A stretch of 64,000 nucleotides of DNA, taken from contig CAVNZM010000018.1 in NCBI GenBank assembly GCA_963693365.1, positions 2,022,728-2,086,727 on the forward strand. Direction: 5' to 3'. The position numbers were made by a program, and so were the translations under genes. The notes below the pieces were generated by a model that saw only the letters and a list, made by a program, of their open reading frames with translations, searched no databases and was not told the origin of the DNA. Of the stretch, positions 27,099-40,263 are shown one piece after another; positions within the stretch are counted from its first letter, which is position 1, and each line of letters opens with the position of its first letter. The stretch is from Amoebidium appalachense. Lineage: Eukaryota > Protista > Ichthyosporea.

Positions 27099-27578
27099 TG
27101 TAAACAGTTGGACTAGTTAGGATAAGGCAGAGTACAACTGAATCAAAATAAAGACAGAGAACGGGTAGAAAGGCACACGCGGCCAGGTTGCTTTTACTAT
27201 GGGCCGACTCAGTCTGTCTCAGACTTCACTGATGTGATCCCCGTACTGGGACGGCTTTCTTATATAGCCCCCAGGTTTCGGATCAAGGCCCAGGATTGGT
27301 TCATCCGCGGCCAGCGCGGGTGGCAACATGCCATTCGTGATTCTGGTGCGGTCCGAGCCAGTCAGACCTTTGTCCTATTTATGCAAACCTCTTATTGGTT
27401 CACTTCGTTTATGTGGTATGCAGCTGAAGAACCATATATGGTTCAATTCTTAGGTCAGAGTGAGTCCTATTGGTGCGGACATAATATTTATGTGATATTC
27501 ATGACAAAGCACGAATCGTGTGCTAGTAGATCACATTCTTTAGTAAACATGTACAGTTCATGTGTACAGTTGTTTACA
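27099..27578 (-). repeat. 3' LTR of the non-autonomous element
   Basis: Appears identical to 30178-30657. Confidence 0.95.
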
Positions 27579-28093
27579 CTCCCCCCCTTGTCGGGAGCCT
27601 GGTGGTGTCGTTAGACAAGCAAACCACCAGGCTGAGAGGCGATAAACAACCTTCAGCGAGAATTCTTGTGTGTGCCGAGCTGCTGGACAGAACAGAGCAA
27701 GGACGGTGGAATAGAGTTGTGCACGTCTATGAGCACTTCTTCATTTGCCAAAACGTAAATTCATGCAGCATTCTTCTGTGATTTCATTTTCGTGGCGAAG
27801 ATTGTTGCAGAGTGTGCGTGCGAATAATTCGCTAAGCCTTCGTCTCTGTGCTTGGCTTTTCTGTAGAAGTAGTATTTTCCTTTTTGGGAATTTTTCCTTT
27901 TTAGGATACTCCCGCAGATTCGTTTTCAATTGCGAGTAATTTGGTTGTGTGGATGAATGATCATACCAAACATTCGATAATGAATATAACTCGAGCCTTA
28001 GGTCACTTCGTAGCTCAGGTAGTGGTGGATAGCTTCAAGGCTTAGCCGCTGCTCCTTATCCCGGTTCTACCTTAAGACTGTAAGGCGAGTCAC

Positions 28094-28163
28094 CATGGCC
28101 GGAAAAGCCACTTCTTTCATGAACAAAGAGCACTTCTTTCCTTTCAGCTTTAACCCTGCATCA
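28094..28163 (-). pseudogene. RT C-terminal remnant
   Basis: DAGLKLKGKKCSLFMKEVAF/GH (frameshifted) matches the LTR-RT motif GL.L...KC.F....V.FLGH. Confidence 0.7.
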
Positions 28164-30162
28164 TCGGAGCTGGGAAAAACAGAATAAAAATGCCCAAGTG
28201 TTCTTCGTTGGGCGACATAAAGAAATATATCACCCGTCAGAACCAGTAAAAGCCCGGTTCATAATTCATAAGAAGAGGGTAGGCAAAGCAAGCCTCCTTC
28301 AGAAAACACATGCTTCCATTCGTGAGCAGTTTTCGTATCCCATTTGCCAGCCATTTTCGTTGAGCAGGGGGATTCCAGGCATAATACATTCTTCTGGAGG
28401 CTTGGCCTAAAAAGAAAAGTCGTCGGAGTCGCCCTTTCTTTTGTAAGCAACTTCGTGAGCGCGCTTCGTGTTTTCATATCCTCCAGTGCAGGTCTGGATG
28501 GTGCCCCATCCTCTGCTTCATTTGTAGGTGGCCCTACTGTAGGTTCTGTTCGTTGTGTGGAATACCAAAACCATTCGTATTCGTGGAACTGCTTTGTGCT
28601 GTGCTTTCTTTCGTGTTGGTGTTCATGAAGTTACCCCGTTCACACACCCTACTTCTTACATACATTAGATGTAAGTAGCTGCCTGGTGAGTGTGTGGTTC
28701 GTGTTCGTGGCATTCTTCTGTTCCTTCGTGAGAAGAATATTCGTTTTAGCAGAGGTGCCCAATAAGGCAGCTTGTGGGGTTGTCTCCCGCATGTGCCCAT
28801 TGGTGGGGTATGCACGTGCTAAATTGTTACAGTGTCATCATATTGCAAGGGAATAACATGGTCACCTCCGTACCAGGGCCTAGTAGGTACACATGATGGT
28901 CCGATGTGTTAGTCAACAACACCTTGCATTCGTATTCGTATTTGTCTTCCACGTCACTTTCTTCAGTAGTGAAGGAGGGTATTCGTAATTCGAAACTGAA
29001 AGGCTTCCAGCCAAAATACTGACACTGTATGATGGGGTTGTGAGGGAGCGGTGCCCATACCACATTCTTTTGTTCTGGTGGGGGTGTGCCGGCAGCTAGT
29101 GCAAGGCTTGACAGTGTAATTGCCAGTGGTATGTTACACCGTATTGCCACAGACGGGCATTCACCTTAAAATTCGTACCCAACACCTTCTTTGTTTTTCA
29201 CATGCATGAACAAAAGTTCTGCATCGACTTTATTACATGCCTTTTGTGCACCAAGAGTGCAAATTCGTTAGGGCGTGGCACCAGGAAGGGCCGCCATACA
29301 TGAGTCAGGCATATGTTGGTAATGTGTTTAGGCATGCCAGCATACATTCATGCGCATGTTGTGCATCCTGGGCGCTAAACTATGGGGCATGCTGTATTCG
29401 AGAACAGCAAGGGATTCGAAGCATGCATGCAACACTACTTTCATAAGATCTTAGGTCCTACATGCTATAGCAACAGCGACTATCTTCTTCGTTAAGTGCA
29501 TTTGTGCTGAAAGTGGCCGTGCATCTGGCTTGCGAGTGTGGACGTGCATGCGGTGGCATGGACACGATGGCAGTGTGCAATAGGGCAATGCACGCAAGGG
29601 CAACGGTTTTATTTTCTTCCTAACATAGAGGGGGCTGTGTGCATTGCAACCCAAGCAGTGTTGTGCATTCGTCCTTTCATTTTCGTATTTCCAGTTCATT
29701 TTGCTTTCGTTTTTAGTTTTTTGTCGTTTGATAACTTCGTTACTTCGTTTTGTTTTCGTGTTGCATTCATTTCGTATTTCCTCTATGCAATCGTTTGTCG
29801 TTAATTCTTTATTTCATTGCGTATTCGTGATGGTTCGTTTTTCGTTGGTTCATTGCTTCGTTAGCAATTCTTTATTCGTTTGTTCGTGTATTCGTTGTTT
29901 CGTTGTGTATTCGTTTTTCTTCACATTTTTGATGTGTCGTAGCAAAAGAAGTTTTACATGCTTTCAATTCTTTCCGTGTAGGTGGGCTGGCCACTTCAAA
30001 CTTGTAGGTGTATATATTCTAAGCCGGACAAGGAAAGATGTGCCTATCATCGGGGTAAAAAGGATTGTGATCGGCCATGGGAGATTCTTGAGCTGATTGA
30101 AAGATGTGAGATTCTTGAACTGATTGAAAGATGTGAGATTCGAAGGATGCGAGATTCTTGAA

Positions 30163-30176
30163 CTGCGCGGTCGCCA
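30163..30176 (-). promoter_or_regulatory. Primer-binding site, probably tRNA-Arg
   Basis: TGGCGACCGCGCAG, 1 nt inside the 5' LTR; complementary to a tRNA 3' end ...CGCGGTCGCCA. tRNA identity assigned from memory of Arg(TCG) ends. Confidence 0.75.
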
Positions 30177-30177
30177 A

Positions 30178-30657
30178 TGTAAACAGTTGGACTAGTTAGG
30201 ATAAGGCAGAGTACAACTGAATCAAAATAAAGACAGAGAACGGGTAGAAAGGCACACGCGGCCAGGTTGCTTTTACTATGGGCCGACTCAGTCTGTCTCA
30301 GACTTCACTGATGTGATCCCCGTACTGGGACGGCTTTCTTATATAGCCCCCAGGTTTCGGATCAAGGCCCAGGATTGGTTCATCCGCGGCCAGCGCGGGT
30401 GGCAACATGCCATTCGTGATTCTGGTGCGGTCCGAGCCAGTCAGACCTTTGTCCTATTTATGCAAACCTCTTATTGGTTCACTTCGTTTATGTGGTATGC
30501 AGCTGAAGAACCATATATGGTTCAATTCTTAGGTCAGAGTGAGTCCTATTGGTGCGGACATAATATTTATGTGATATTCATGACAAAGCACGAATCGTGT
30601 GCTAGTAGATCACATTCTTTAGTAAACATGTACAGTTCATGTGTACAGTTGTTTACA
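30178..30657 (-). repeat. 5' LTR of the non-autonomous element
   Basis: Direct repeat of 27099-27578, adjacent to the PBS. Confidence 0.95.
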
Positions 30658-31046
30658 TGGCTACCAGTGGTGCTCGCGTTGCCATTAGTGGGTGCAGAAG
30701 CTGCACTGGCCCGATGGCGCTTGCGAGTGCGGGCTGGGGCCCCCTTGCGTACATGGCGGCCGAAAGGGTTCCTGCAATTATAGCACTTGCACTGGCGGCT
30801 ACAACCGACACCCTTTACATTGCACGCACACCGACCATTTCCCGGGCCTTTGCCGGTGCAGTACGCTGTATCCGTCTTTGATGTTGCACGATTCTTGCCA
30901 CAGCTGCATGTCATGCCTGTGTATTGCACGTGGGTTGAGGTAAGATGAGCCGTAGAATTGTTGGAAAGGGGAGGGGTGCGGAAAAACGTGTGTATGTGTG
31001 TGGGGAGAGGGAGGGGGGAGAGGGAGGGAGGGAGGGAGGGAGGGGG

Positions 31047-31326
<280 letters not shown>

Positions 31327-33115
31327 GGGGGGGGAGGGGGGAGAAGAGGGGGAAGGGGGAATCTGGTCAGTCTTCGGCTTGCACAATCGGGTTTTATGAC
31401 GGTTTGGCAAAAATTAATGTAGGGTGAAGGGGGATCATTGCCGGTGTGGAGCTGAGTCCAAATTTGTACTTACGTGTGTGGTGTCAGATATGGAGGTGGC
31501 TTTGCCTTTTATGACACCGGTGGGTTGGGAGAGAGGGGGGAGGGGGGGGGGGGTGGGGGGGGGGGGGGGGGGGGGGGGGATGAGGGGGGGACGGAATGTG
31601 AGTACTCTGTGGCGGGGAGGGGAAGGTATTGGTAGGAAAGGGCAGGTATATATGTGATTTCACGAGCAGAGCTGCCAATACATGTCGCCATCTTACCAGT
31701 CTCTGAGGCAGATAACTCCTTCTGATGAGATGTAGTGTTGCCCTCACTCGCTGAACCGTTATGGAAGGTGGCCCCAGCATCATGTGAGGTGGTTCCCCCG
31801 GATGAAGGACGGCGACCGCCATCCTCATCACCACTCGACTGGTCCGGTTCATGCATCCCTGTGCACAAAGAATGTGTATTCAGCACCTTTTGTGCCTTGC
31901 AAACATGGTGCCTGCAAACGTAGCAGAGATGGGTTATAGATTTGGAGACCCAATGAACAAGAGTTGTGTAAAACGTATTCGCTAATCGATGGTCACGTTG
32001 CATCGGGCCATGCAAGATGTCATTGCGAATCGCTAATCAAACAGGTCACAATGCATTGGGCGATGCAAGATGTACAAGTGCGAAATTCAAACATAATTCA
32101 CTGACACAGCCACTAACAGCCACCCACCTCGTCACCACTGTCGTCACATTCCGGATATAGTATGGGCGAGGAAGACCTGTTCTGTGCCCCATTTTTCACA
32201 GCAGAAATGATGTGGGCGGTCAGCAACAGAACCACAAGGATGAGAAGCCAGGATGTTTTGTCATGTGTGCACGCAGGTGTGAAGCCCCACATTCTACCAG
32301 GGCGCCCCATCTTCACAAAGCAAGCCCACCAAAGGCTACCCCAAGGCCCAAATTTGAAAAGTGGAAGCGAACTGAACTGTGTGTTCTCGGGTTGCATAGC
32401 CTTTTGAAGCCACGAAAAGGTGTGAAACGTTCTGTTTAGTGGTGCACTGTGTCGGGGTCTCCAATTCCGTATTTCCTGGTGCGCTCTTGGCCAATCGTTT
32501 AGGGGTTTGGGACCGCGAATGAACAGTAGATATCCGCCTGAGATAGCCTAGTGAATGGCCATGGTGTACACAGTATCCCACTGCCCTTTCTTTTATAATT
32601 GTAATGCAGATAATGTCGCCAAAATTTCTTTTTAAATGCCCCCCCCTTTTTTTTTCAAAAAAAAGCTGCCGTCTGAGCAATAGCCACCTGAGAGGTGTAG
32701 AGCCCTGGATGACTCTTCATCAATCAAAATGCAAATCGATGTAGATATAAGGTGGATATTATCGGAAAATTTTGCACCATTTCAGGCCCATTTCACACGG
32801 CACACTTAGCCACACTTATGTCAGGCCCCACCGCAATCACCTCATTATTGCCGAGCGATATGGACCACATACCTACTATGAGCCTGCCAAATACGTTCTT
32901 TCAATCTTTCTTCTGTACTTATACATAGAATACAGACAGATAGCTATATAAAAAGAGAAATATTAAAAAAGTGTACGTACGCATAGTAATGCGTTGTGGT
33001 CAATTCAGGATATATTTGCACTAGGTAAGGGGGGGGGGAGATCGGCGAGGGGGGAGGGGGGGGGGAGGGGGGGGGAGGGGAGGGGGGGGGGGGGAGGGGA
33101 GGGGGGGGAGGGGGG

Positions 33116-33154
<39 letters not shown>

Positions 33155-33584
33155 GGGGGGGAGGGGGGGGGAGGGGGGAGGGAGGGGAGGGGGGGGGAGG
33201 GGGGGGGAGGGGGGAGGGGGGGGGGGGCGCTGTGACAGGGGCGGGGGGGCATGAGAGGGGGAAAGGAGTGAATTTCCCATCGTAAGTATGACCACCGTGT
33301 ACTGTAATGCACATTTTGGGGTGGTGCCGGATATATTTACACACTGCCTGCAGGCAAAAGTAGCTACAGGTGCTCGCGGAATACATTATTTCTAACTACA
33401 TTTTGAATAAAACAAATACTAACATATTTCTTTATAATAAAGCCTGATATAAAGCCTCACTAATACTTAGTCCATATGCACCATTATACGTACTGATGAT
33501 ACGGGGGTCGCATGCTGAGTCGCATGTGACGTCCTGCGCCAGCGTGGCAGGTTGTGTGACGTCATCTGTATGACGTCAGTTGCG

Positions 33585-33830
33585 GATCGGCCCGGGAACC
33601 AGTGTTTGGCACGAGTTTGAGTTTCAAACTCGGGAACCAGTGTTTCGAGCCGGGAACCACTGTTTTGCGAATCGGCCCGGGAACCAGTGTTTCGAGCCGG
33701 GAACCACTGTTTCAAACTCGGGAACCAGTGTTTCGAGCCGGGAACCACGGTTCCGGCCCGGGAACTAGCCCCTGGATTCGACCCGTGTTTGTTCCCGGGA
33801 ACTGCATTCCAGCTGCTGGAATGCGGGAAC
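33585..33830. repeat. Imperfect ~20-bp minisatellite (cgggaaccagtgtttcgagc)
   Basis: About 8-10 recurrences of cgggaac; preceded by three TGACGTC motifs at 33526-33578. Confidence 0.8.
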
Positions 33831-34275
33831 ACCGTATCACTGAGGTGCTGCCTGTTTAACCGTTCAATACTAGTTGCTAATAATAGTACCTATGTAATGT
33901 ATGATATAGTACGAACGCGACTACGTTAATGAGAACCCTCCTCAAAAATTCATTGATATTTTCCACAATTCCATAACCCTGGCAGAAGCAGAGGGCCGCC
34001 GTGAGTCAGACCGTCTGTTTGCATGCAAGAATGCAATAACGTTACGTATTGGAACTTTGGAATGTACAGTCTGACAATTGCCGGAGGCAAGACCATTTCT
34101 TGCTACCGTCGTGGCTCCCCGAGACTCATGGACATGAAATCAGAGGCAAGTACGGAAGTTTATTATTTTGAAAATAAAATAATTACTCTAAAAGAATATT
34201 ATGAATAACTGTTGATGGACATCTAATGAACCATGAAAACTATGGTGTGTGTACGTGCATGTAAGTGCACGTACG

Positions 34276-34383
<108 letters not shown>

Positions 34384-35097
34384 CTACCCTAAAGAAGGAA
34401 ACAGTGTCCCTAACGCGCAATGGCCAAGGACACCCCTTCATGTATCCCCACAACAGGGCTGGGAGGGCGGGGAAATCAACAGAAAAAAGGACAGCTAGCT
34501 AAGGCAACTAGTTTGTGCGCTTTTACACTAGCACCACCAAACTTAGTTCAACCAACTAACTCTACAAATCCCTTTTACCTCTGATGCCAGACACTCACAC
34601 AAACGCTAAAACGAAAACCAAAGACTGAAATCCAAACGACATGTACTCCTTTTTATACCCGTTCCCACGATGCATTTTGGAATTTGAAGCCAGACTGAAG
34701 AAACCAATCAAATGCTTTAAAATCTGACCAAATCAGAACATGCAATCAAAACCGAACCACATTAACTATATATGAAAACCAGCAATCCAACACAACTAAT
34801 GCATGACAAATAACCAATCACCTCACCGCAATGCCACTCGGTGGGTCTTCGTCTCTCACCGCTGCCTCCTCCCGCTTGAAAACCACATGCCGGAGGCAAG
34901 ACCATTTCTTGCTACCGTCGTGGCTCCCCGAGACTCATGGACATGAAATCAGAGGCAAGTACGGAAGTTTATTATTTTGAAAATAAAATAATTACTCTAA
35001 AAGAATATTATGAATAACTGTTGATGGACATCTAATGAACCATGAAAACTATGGTGTGTGTACGTGCATGTAAGTGCACGTACGGTGTGCGTGTGTG

Positions 35098-35192
<95 letters not shown>

Positions 35193-35369
35193 CTACCCTA
35201 AAGAAGGAAACAGTGTCCCTAACGCGCAATGGCCAAGGACACCCCTTCATGTATCCAAATCTACCTAACTTGCTTTTGTGATAGTTTTAAAGCTTTGTGA
35301 ATTCCTTTGTGTTTCTGAGCTCTACAGTGTACTCACCCGGGCTTGGCCGTATGTGTAGGAAAATAATAA

Positions 35370-38216
35370 TTAGCACTGGAGTAATTCTGATTCCCACACA
35401 CTGAGTGCATCCTCGGTTCTGACAAACGCATCCATATAGTATCTTGGATAGAAGTGGTGAATGGCCGCCAAAACCGTTCGACAGTGGGCCAGCCCATTGT
35501 GCAGCCGTGAAGGTCTTGGATCATAATACAGCTCTGCAGCATAACTGCTTAGAAGCTCATCAATAACCCAGACATTTTCGCACCGGTCGATACCCCGGGT
35601 AGTCTTACACCAGCCAGCAAATCGGTCTAGCACCCTATCATAATGACGGATGATAGCTGATTGTCTGTCGATGTTCAATACCCGTGCCACCCTGGGACTC
35701 GGAACGATTGCGCGTGACGGTTCATCCGCGGGGTTATGTGCTGACGGCACCCACACCCAGGATGGACGCACTGCTGCTGCGCACAGGAGAGCTGCCACTC
35801 TTCTACAGAGGTGGTTCAGGCGCCGAGAGCTTGATCTCCCCTTCGCCACAGCATACACCAACGCTGTGTTGTCAATCAGATGTGCGACCCGTGTGTGATG
35901 ATTACGTGGAGCTCGTACAAAACGACGAAGTGACAAAAGCAACGCATGTCCCTCTAAAATGGTGATGTGATCTGTGTGCTGCCACCGTGCGGAAATGGGA
36001 TGGTACCACTGCAAGCCATCCACCATCTCCAACAAGCTAGCGGCGCATGCGGGGGGCTCCGGCTCAAGTGACTGGGGAACGGAGATGGGCTCTTCAATTT
36101 CATTTGCAACATAAACATCGCTGCGCTCGACCGATGACGGCATATAACGAGGGTCGCCGGCCTTGGTGTCGTGCCCGTCGAGGGAAAGAAAGGAATACCC
36201 GGGTTTTGAGACGGACTGGGACAGCGCCAATAACGATTGCTCGACCGTGACATTGGCAACCGACACCCCTGCGCCAGTCATGGACGCATCCGAGGCCAGC
36301 ACGACGGAGGCTGGCTGAGCCGACAGATCACACACCACCAAGGGAGATAATGCAATCAACATAGACAATTCGACCTTAACTGCGAGGGGAATAGTGAGAT
36401 CTGTCAGTGGCGTCGTGGCATTGGAGTAAACAAACTCGTAGCAAGATTCCAACACTGAGAAAAGGCACCTATTCAAAAGTAACAACCAAGCCCAGCCCCC
36501 CAACAACCGGGATAAATTTCGTGGAGACACTGCTTGCAGGCGTAAAACGACTTCAGTGTCAGCCAGAAGCTTGGCTAGCTTAGAAGAGTCGGGTCGAATT
36601 TTACCGTCGGACCCAATGGCGAGACCGAGTGCCACCGTTTCGGGTGTAGTTCGGGCTGCTCGCACCGTCTTTGACGGCTTGATTTCGAATCCGTTTTCCT
36701 CGCCTGCTAGCCCCGCTGCTGTCATCTCCGAATTCACCCTAGATTCTTCGAACCCTATCCCCACCCAATCATCAACGTAGATCAAATGAACGGAATCCGA
36801 TTGGTTGCTCATGGAATGTGCCAGCGGAAAATTTGATTGGATGCATCTGTCGACCCGAAGAGGAGGGTGGATCATGAAATCGTGAGACCTCTGGGCAAGA
36901 AACGGGGCCCATTTCCACCCCATCGGCATCGACAAAACACGTGGGAACACCAACCGATCCAAGCCAGGCAACCCCGCCGCCTTGGAGAAGACCGGGGGGA
37001 GGCCTTGATACCACGACAACCACTCTGGAACCCGAAACCGATGATAGAAATTTGAAAAATCATACTTGGCTACAACCAGGACGGAATTTTTAGGGATGAT
37101 GATGCTACACAAGTCCGACGGGCTGGGAAAAAGGGGATTGGGGGGATCAACCATAACTGCATTCATAGGACGGGCATCCATAATAAGACGATCTTCTTTC
37201 TCATCTTTTTCAACTGCAAATAAACCATTTATGACTTTCGGGGGCTCATCGGATTCCGAAAAAGCAATCATGCCACAATCAAACATTCGCTTGGCTAATA
37301 GGGGCCACTCATCTGGTGACGAGAAGGCAAAGACAGGACGCCCGGGAGTGGGGTGGGATTCCTCTGCACCCTTAGTGGTGCTCTCAGTCGCCCTCTGCCC
37401 CATCCCGCAAGCTCCGTGCACGGGCGACTCCTCGGTCGCAGTGGGCTCAGACCCACTCTCACCGTGACCCTCACTCGACTCTGACACCACCAATGCATCG
37501 GGCGTCTCCAGCAACACCCTCAGGTCAGGGGGAAGGACCGAAAGGAGAGGGACAGTGGCACCAAATCCCGGAGGGGGAAGGGCCATTCGTTCAGCAACTA
37601 TGGGGGTGAAAGCTTTAGTATGGTTAAAGTATGGAAAAGAATCAGAAACGGCCGCTAAGGGGACATTGCTGATCCTGCGGCGCATATCTGAGCAAGAAGA
37701 AAGAATGTGAAACATAGCTTTTTCTTGTGTTGGCGTGGGTGCAAGGGAAAAGTGCGTGGGTTTAGGAGGAGGTGTGGGAAAAAAGTGAGTGGAAAAGAGA
37801 GGAGCTGTGGTGGAAATGTGTGTGTTTGCTGAGGTAGAGGCGTGGTGCACATGTTGCCGAACATCATCCCTAGGAGAGCCTAACGAGCTAGGCAGCTCAT
37901 TATTATACAAAGCATTGATTGATGCTATAGCTCTGTTTGCCATTTGAAATAAAATCCACTTCCTATTAAACCTACATCTACGTCTTGGAGACGTGAAACG
38001 ACAACCGAGACCCAACAGCGGAACAGGAAATAAAGGGAGGGGTAACATATCTTGAGACACGTGTGGGAAAGAACCAAACTCAGCTGGTTCCGTGGCAGCT
38101 GTGTTCGGGAACGAAGGCTGTGGACCGTGGCCTCCCCCTGCCTCAGCTGGGCAGCTGCCGGAGGCGCAGGGGGGTACGAATCTGTGGAAGCTGGGCCTAG
38201 GCATCCTTGATGCCAT
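35370..38216 (-). CDS. RT-RNase H polyprotein fused to a recombinase N-terminal (core-binding)-like domain; no catalytic YR domain
   Basis: GLFAVEK..RLIMDAR, YDFSNFYH, MPMGW, IYVDD; SDAS, HITILE, IDN, WVPSAHNPADEPSR; then Y...LDRFAGWC...IDELLSSY...LAAIHHFYP...ALSVW and stop. First ATG at 38216; the track start at 38261 is non-ATG. Confidence 0.9.
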   Translation of the reverse strand: MASRMPRPSFHRFVPPCASGSCPAEAGGGHGPQPSFPNTAATEPAEFGSFPHVSQDMLPLPLFPVPLLGLGCRFTSPRRRCRFNRKWILFQMANRAIASINALYNNELPSSLGSPRDDVRQHVHHASTSANTHISTTAPLFSTHFFPTPPPKPTHFSLAPTPTQEKAMFHILSSCSDMRRRISNVPLAAVSDSFPYFNHTKAFTPIVAERMALPPPGFGATVPLLSVLPPDLRVLLETPDALVVSESSEGHGESGSEPTATEESPVHGACGMGQRATESTTKGAEESHPTPGRPVFAFSSPDEWPLLAKRMFDCGMIAFSESDEPPKVINGLFAVEKDEKEDRLIMDARPMNAVMVDPPNPLFPSPSDLCSIIIPKNSVLVVAKYDFSNFYHRFRVPEWLSWYQGLPPVFSKAAGLPGLDRLVFPRVLSMPMGWKWAPFLAQRSHDFMIHPPLRVDRCIQSNFPLAHSMSNQSDSVHLIYVDDWVGIGFEESRVNSEMTAAGLAGEENGFEIKPSKTVRAARTTPETVALGLAIGSDGKIRPDSSKLAKLLADTEVVLRLQAVSPRNLSRLLGGWAWLLLLNRCLFSVLESCYEFVYSNATTPLTDLTIPLAVKVELSMLIALSPLVVCDLSAQPASVVLASDASMTGAGVSVANVTVEQSLLALSQSVSKPGYSFLSLDGHDTKAGDPRYMPSSVERSDVYVANEIEEPISVPQSLEPEPPACAASLLEMVDGLQWYHPISARWQHTDHITILEGHALLLSLRRFVRAPRNHHTRVAHLIDNTALVYAVAKGRSSSRRLNHLCRRVAALLCAAAVRPSWVWVPSAHNPADEPSRAIVPSPRVARVLNIDRQSAIIRHYDRVLDRFAGWCKTTRGIDRCENVWVIDELLSSYAAELYYDPRPSRLHNGLAHCRTVLAAIHHFYPRYYMDAFVRTEDALSVWESELLQC

Positions 38217-38812
38217 CGAGCACACACACGCGCCACCGTGACCCCCCCCGCGCCTCCCCACAGAGGGAGGCCGTGTGTTTACACCGAGCTCGACTACCTA
38301 GTAGAGACCGTGCATTGACTCACAATGTCGTATATAAGAGGGTTCTGCTCGGGAAGAAGAGAGGCTCACTTGCCCATGTCAAGGAAAGCAGAGCACGTAT
38401 TTGTAATGCTTGGAGTTCAGAAATTTCACTGTGACTGTATAGGCAGAGAAACAGGCAAAATTTACGTAGTTTTTCACTATACAAGACTCCTCAGCGCTAG
38501 CGAGCTAATCAGCATGCTGAAGGGAAAACACAAATGTAAAAGTCGTATTAATATCTAGAGCGAAAAAAGGAACCTTGAAAATGAGGAGAACGAGCTGGTT
38601 AACGTTGAGTTGCCAGAATTCGTGTGACAATTGCAGAAATCAACAGAAAAAAGGACAGCTAGCTAAGGCAACTAGTTTGTGCGCTTTTACACTAGCACCA
38701 CCAAACTTAGTTCAACCAACTAACTCTACAAATCCCTTTTACCTCTGATGCCAGACACTCACACAAACGCTAAAACGAAAACCAAAGACTGAAATCCAAA
38801 CGACATGTACTC

Positions 38813-38821
38813 CTTTTTATA
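38813..38821 (-). promoter_or_regulatory. TATA box within repeat A1 (element promoter)
   Basis: GGGTATAAAAAGG on the minus strand, upstream of the ORF, with ATTGG (CCAAT) boxes further upstream. Confidence 0.55.
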
Positions 38822-39343
38822 CCCGTTCCCACGATGCATTTTGGAATTTGAAGCCAGACTGAAGAAACCAATCAAATGCTTTAAAATCTGACCAAATCAG
38901 AACATGCAATCAAAACCGAACCACATTAACTATATATGAAAACCAGCAATCCAACACAACTAATGCATGACAAATAACCAATCACCTCACCGCAATGCCA
39001 CTCGGTGGGTCTTCGTCTCTCACCGCTGCCTCCTCCCGCTTGAAAACCACATGCCATTCAAAGTTTACTGTCAATGATTGAACTGTTGACTGTAACCGCA
39101 GCAGGGTGCGAAATTTATTTTTGGGCTGGTGCCATTTTGGTAAGTTTCCACCAGCCTGGATGGCCCTACAAAGAGCCAACAACCATTTTCGGGTGTATTT
39201 TCTTTTATGTTTGGATCTGTTAGGGCCAATTTTCGGAAAATTGATGGACCTAACCTCAAAAAGTTGGGGAGTCAGGCAGTGCCACGGCGTGTTCACAATA
39301 GAAGGGCCGCGGCCTCTGGATGCGTCGTACCCCCCCCCCCCCC

Positions 39344-39439
<96 letters not shown>

Positions 39440-39766
39440 AAAAACACACACACACACACCCGGCGGAGGCCAGGCCTAGCCGCTAGGAGTTGCTAAGGAG
39501 GCTCGGCTTGACACCGATCCTCAGTGATATTTGAAACTTTGATGCTCAGGTGCCGCAATATCGTTGTACTAGTAGAACGTATGGTACAGTACAGTCACGG
39601 TATTACGACACCTACGGCACCTAAAGCCTTGGTCTGGCCTTCGTTATTAATTTATTAGTGCAACCCCCGCTTCCCCTCCCCCCTCCCCCCTCCCCCCTCT
39701 CCAAACGTTAACCTAGCACCCCTCCCTCCCTCCCCTCCCCCCCCCCCCCCCCTCCCCCCTTGCTGT

Positions 39767-39799
<33 letters not shown>

Positions 39800-40053
39800 T
39801 CTCCAACACACACACACACGCGAGTACTCTGTCCTTTCCCCGTGAACATGCACCCTGATTTTTTCCCTTGCAGTTTCTAGAAGTTCCGAGTGTATGATAA
39901 ATGCACCATGCACATATGCACAATCGTTTGGGGCCATATATATGGAATTCATTCCATGAATTCAACCAATGAGAATGATTTTATAGTAACCATATATAGA
40001 TCACACGATAGACCACGCGGTGACTGCCTTCTCAGAAGCCTTTGTGACATGGC

Positions 40054-40085
<32 letters not shown>

Positions 40086-40124
40086 GTCACAGTTCACACC
40101 CGTTGGTCTCAGTATTAAGAGCTT

Positions 40125-40185
<61 letters not shown>

Positions 40186-40190
40186 CCCCC

Positions 40191-40263
<73 letters not shown>

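Larger units (their letters stand above)
27099..30657 (-). mobile_element. Non-autonomous LTR retrotransposon (Gypsy-like deletion derivative), 3559 bp
   Basis: 480-bp LTRs with TGTAAACA...TGTTTACA ends; TSD TGGCT (27094-27098, 30658-30662); PBS 30163-30176; PPT 27579-27590; no intact gag or pol. Confidence 0.95.

Noticed and set aside
27234-27614. Duplicated 126/156-aa ORFs at 27234 and 30313
   Set aside because: They lie within the two LTRs, start at non-ATG codons and have no recognisable domain.
31474-31505. Candidate micro-exon in the CXC gene with a GTAAGT donor
   Set aside because: Its phase is incompatible with the next exon; direct splicing of 31697 to 30916 keeps the frame.
33585-33830. 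Possible CRISPR array
   Set aside because: No unique spacers of constant length, no cas genes, eukaryotic context; it is a minisatellite. The same applies to 46357-46628 and 48038-48340.
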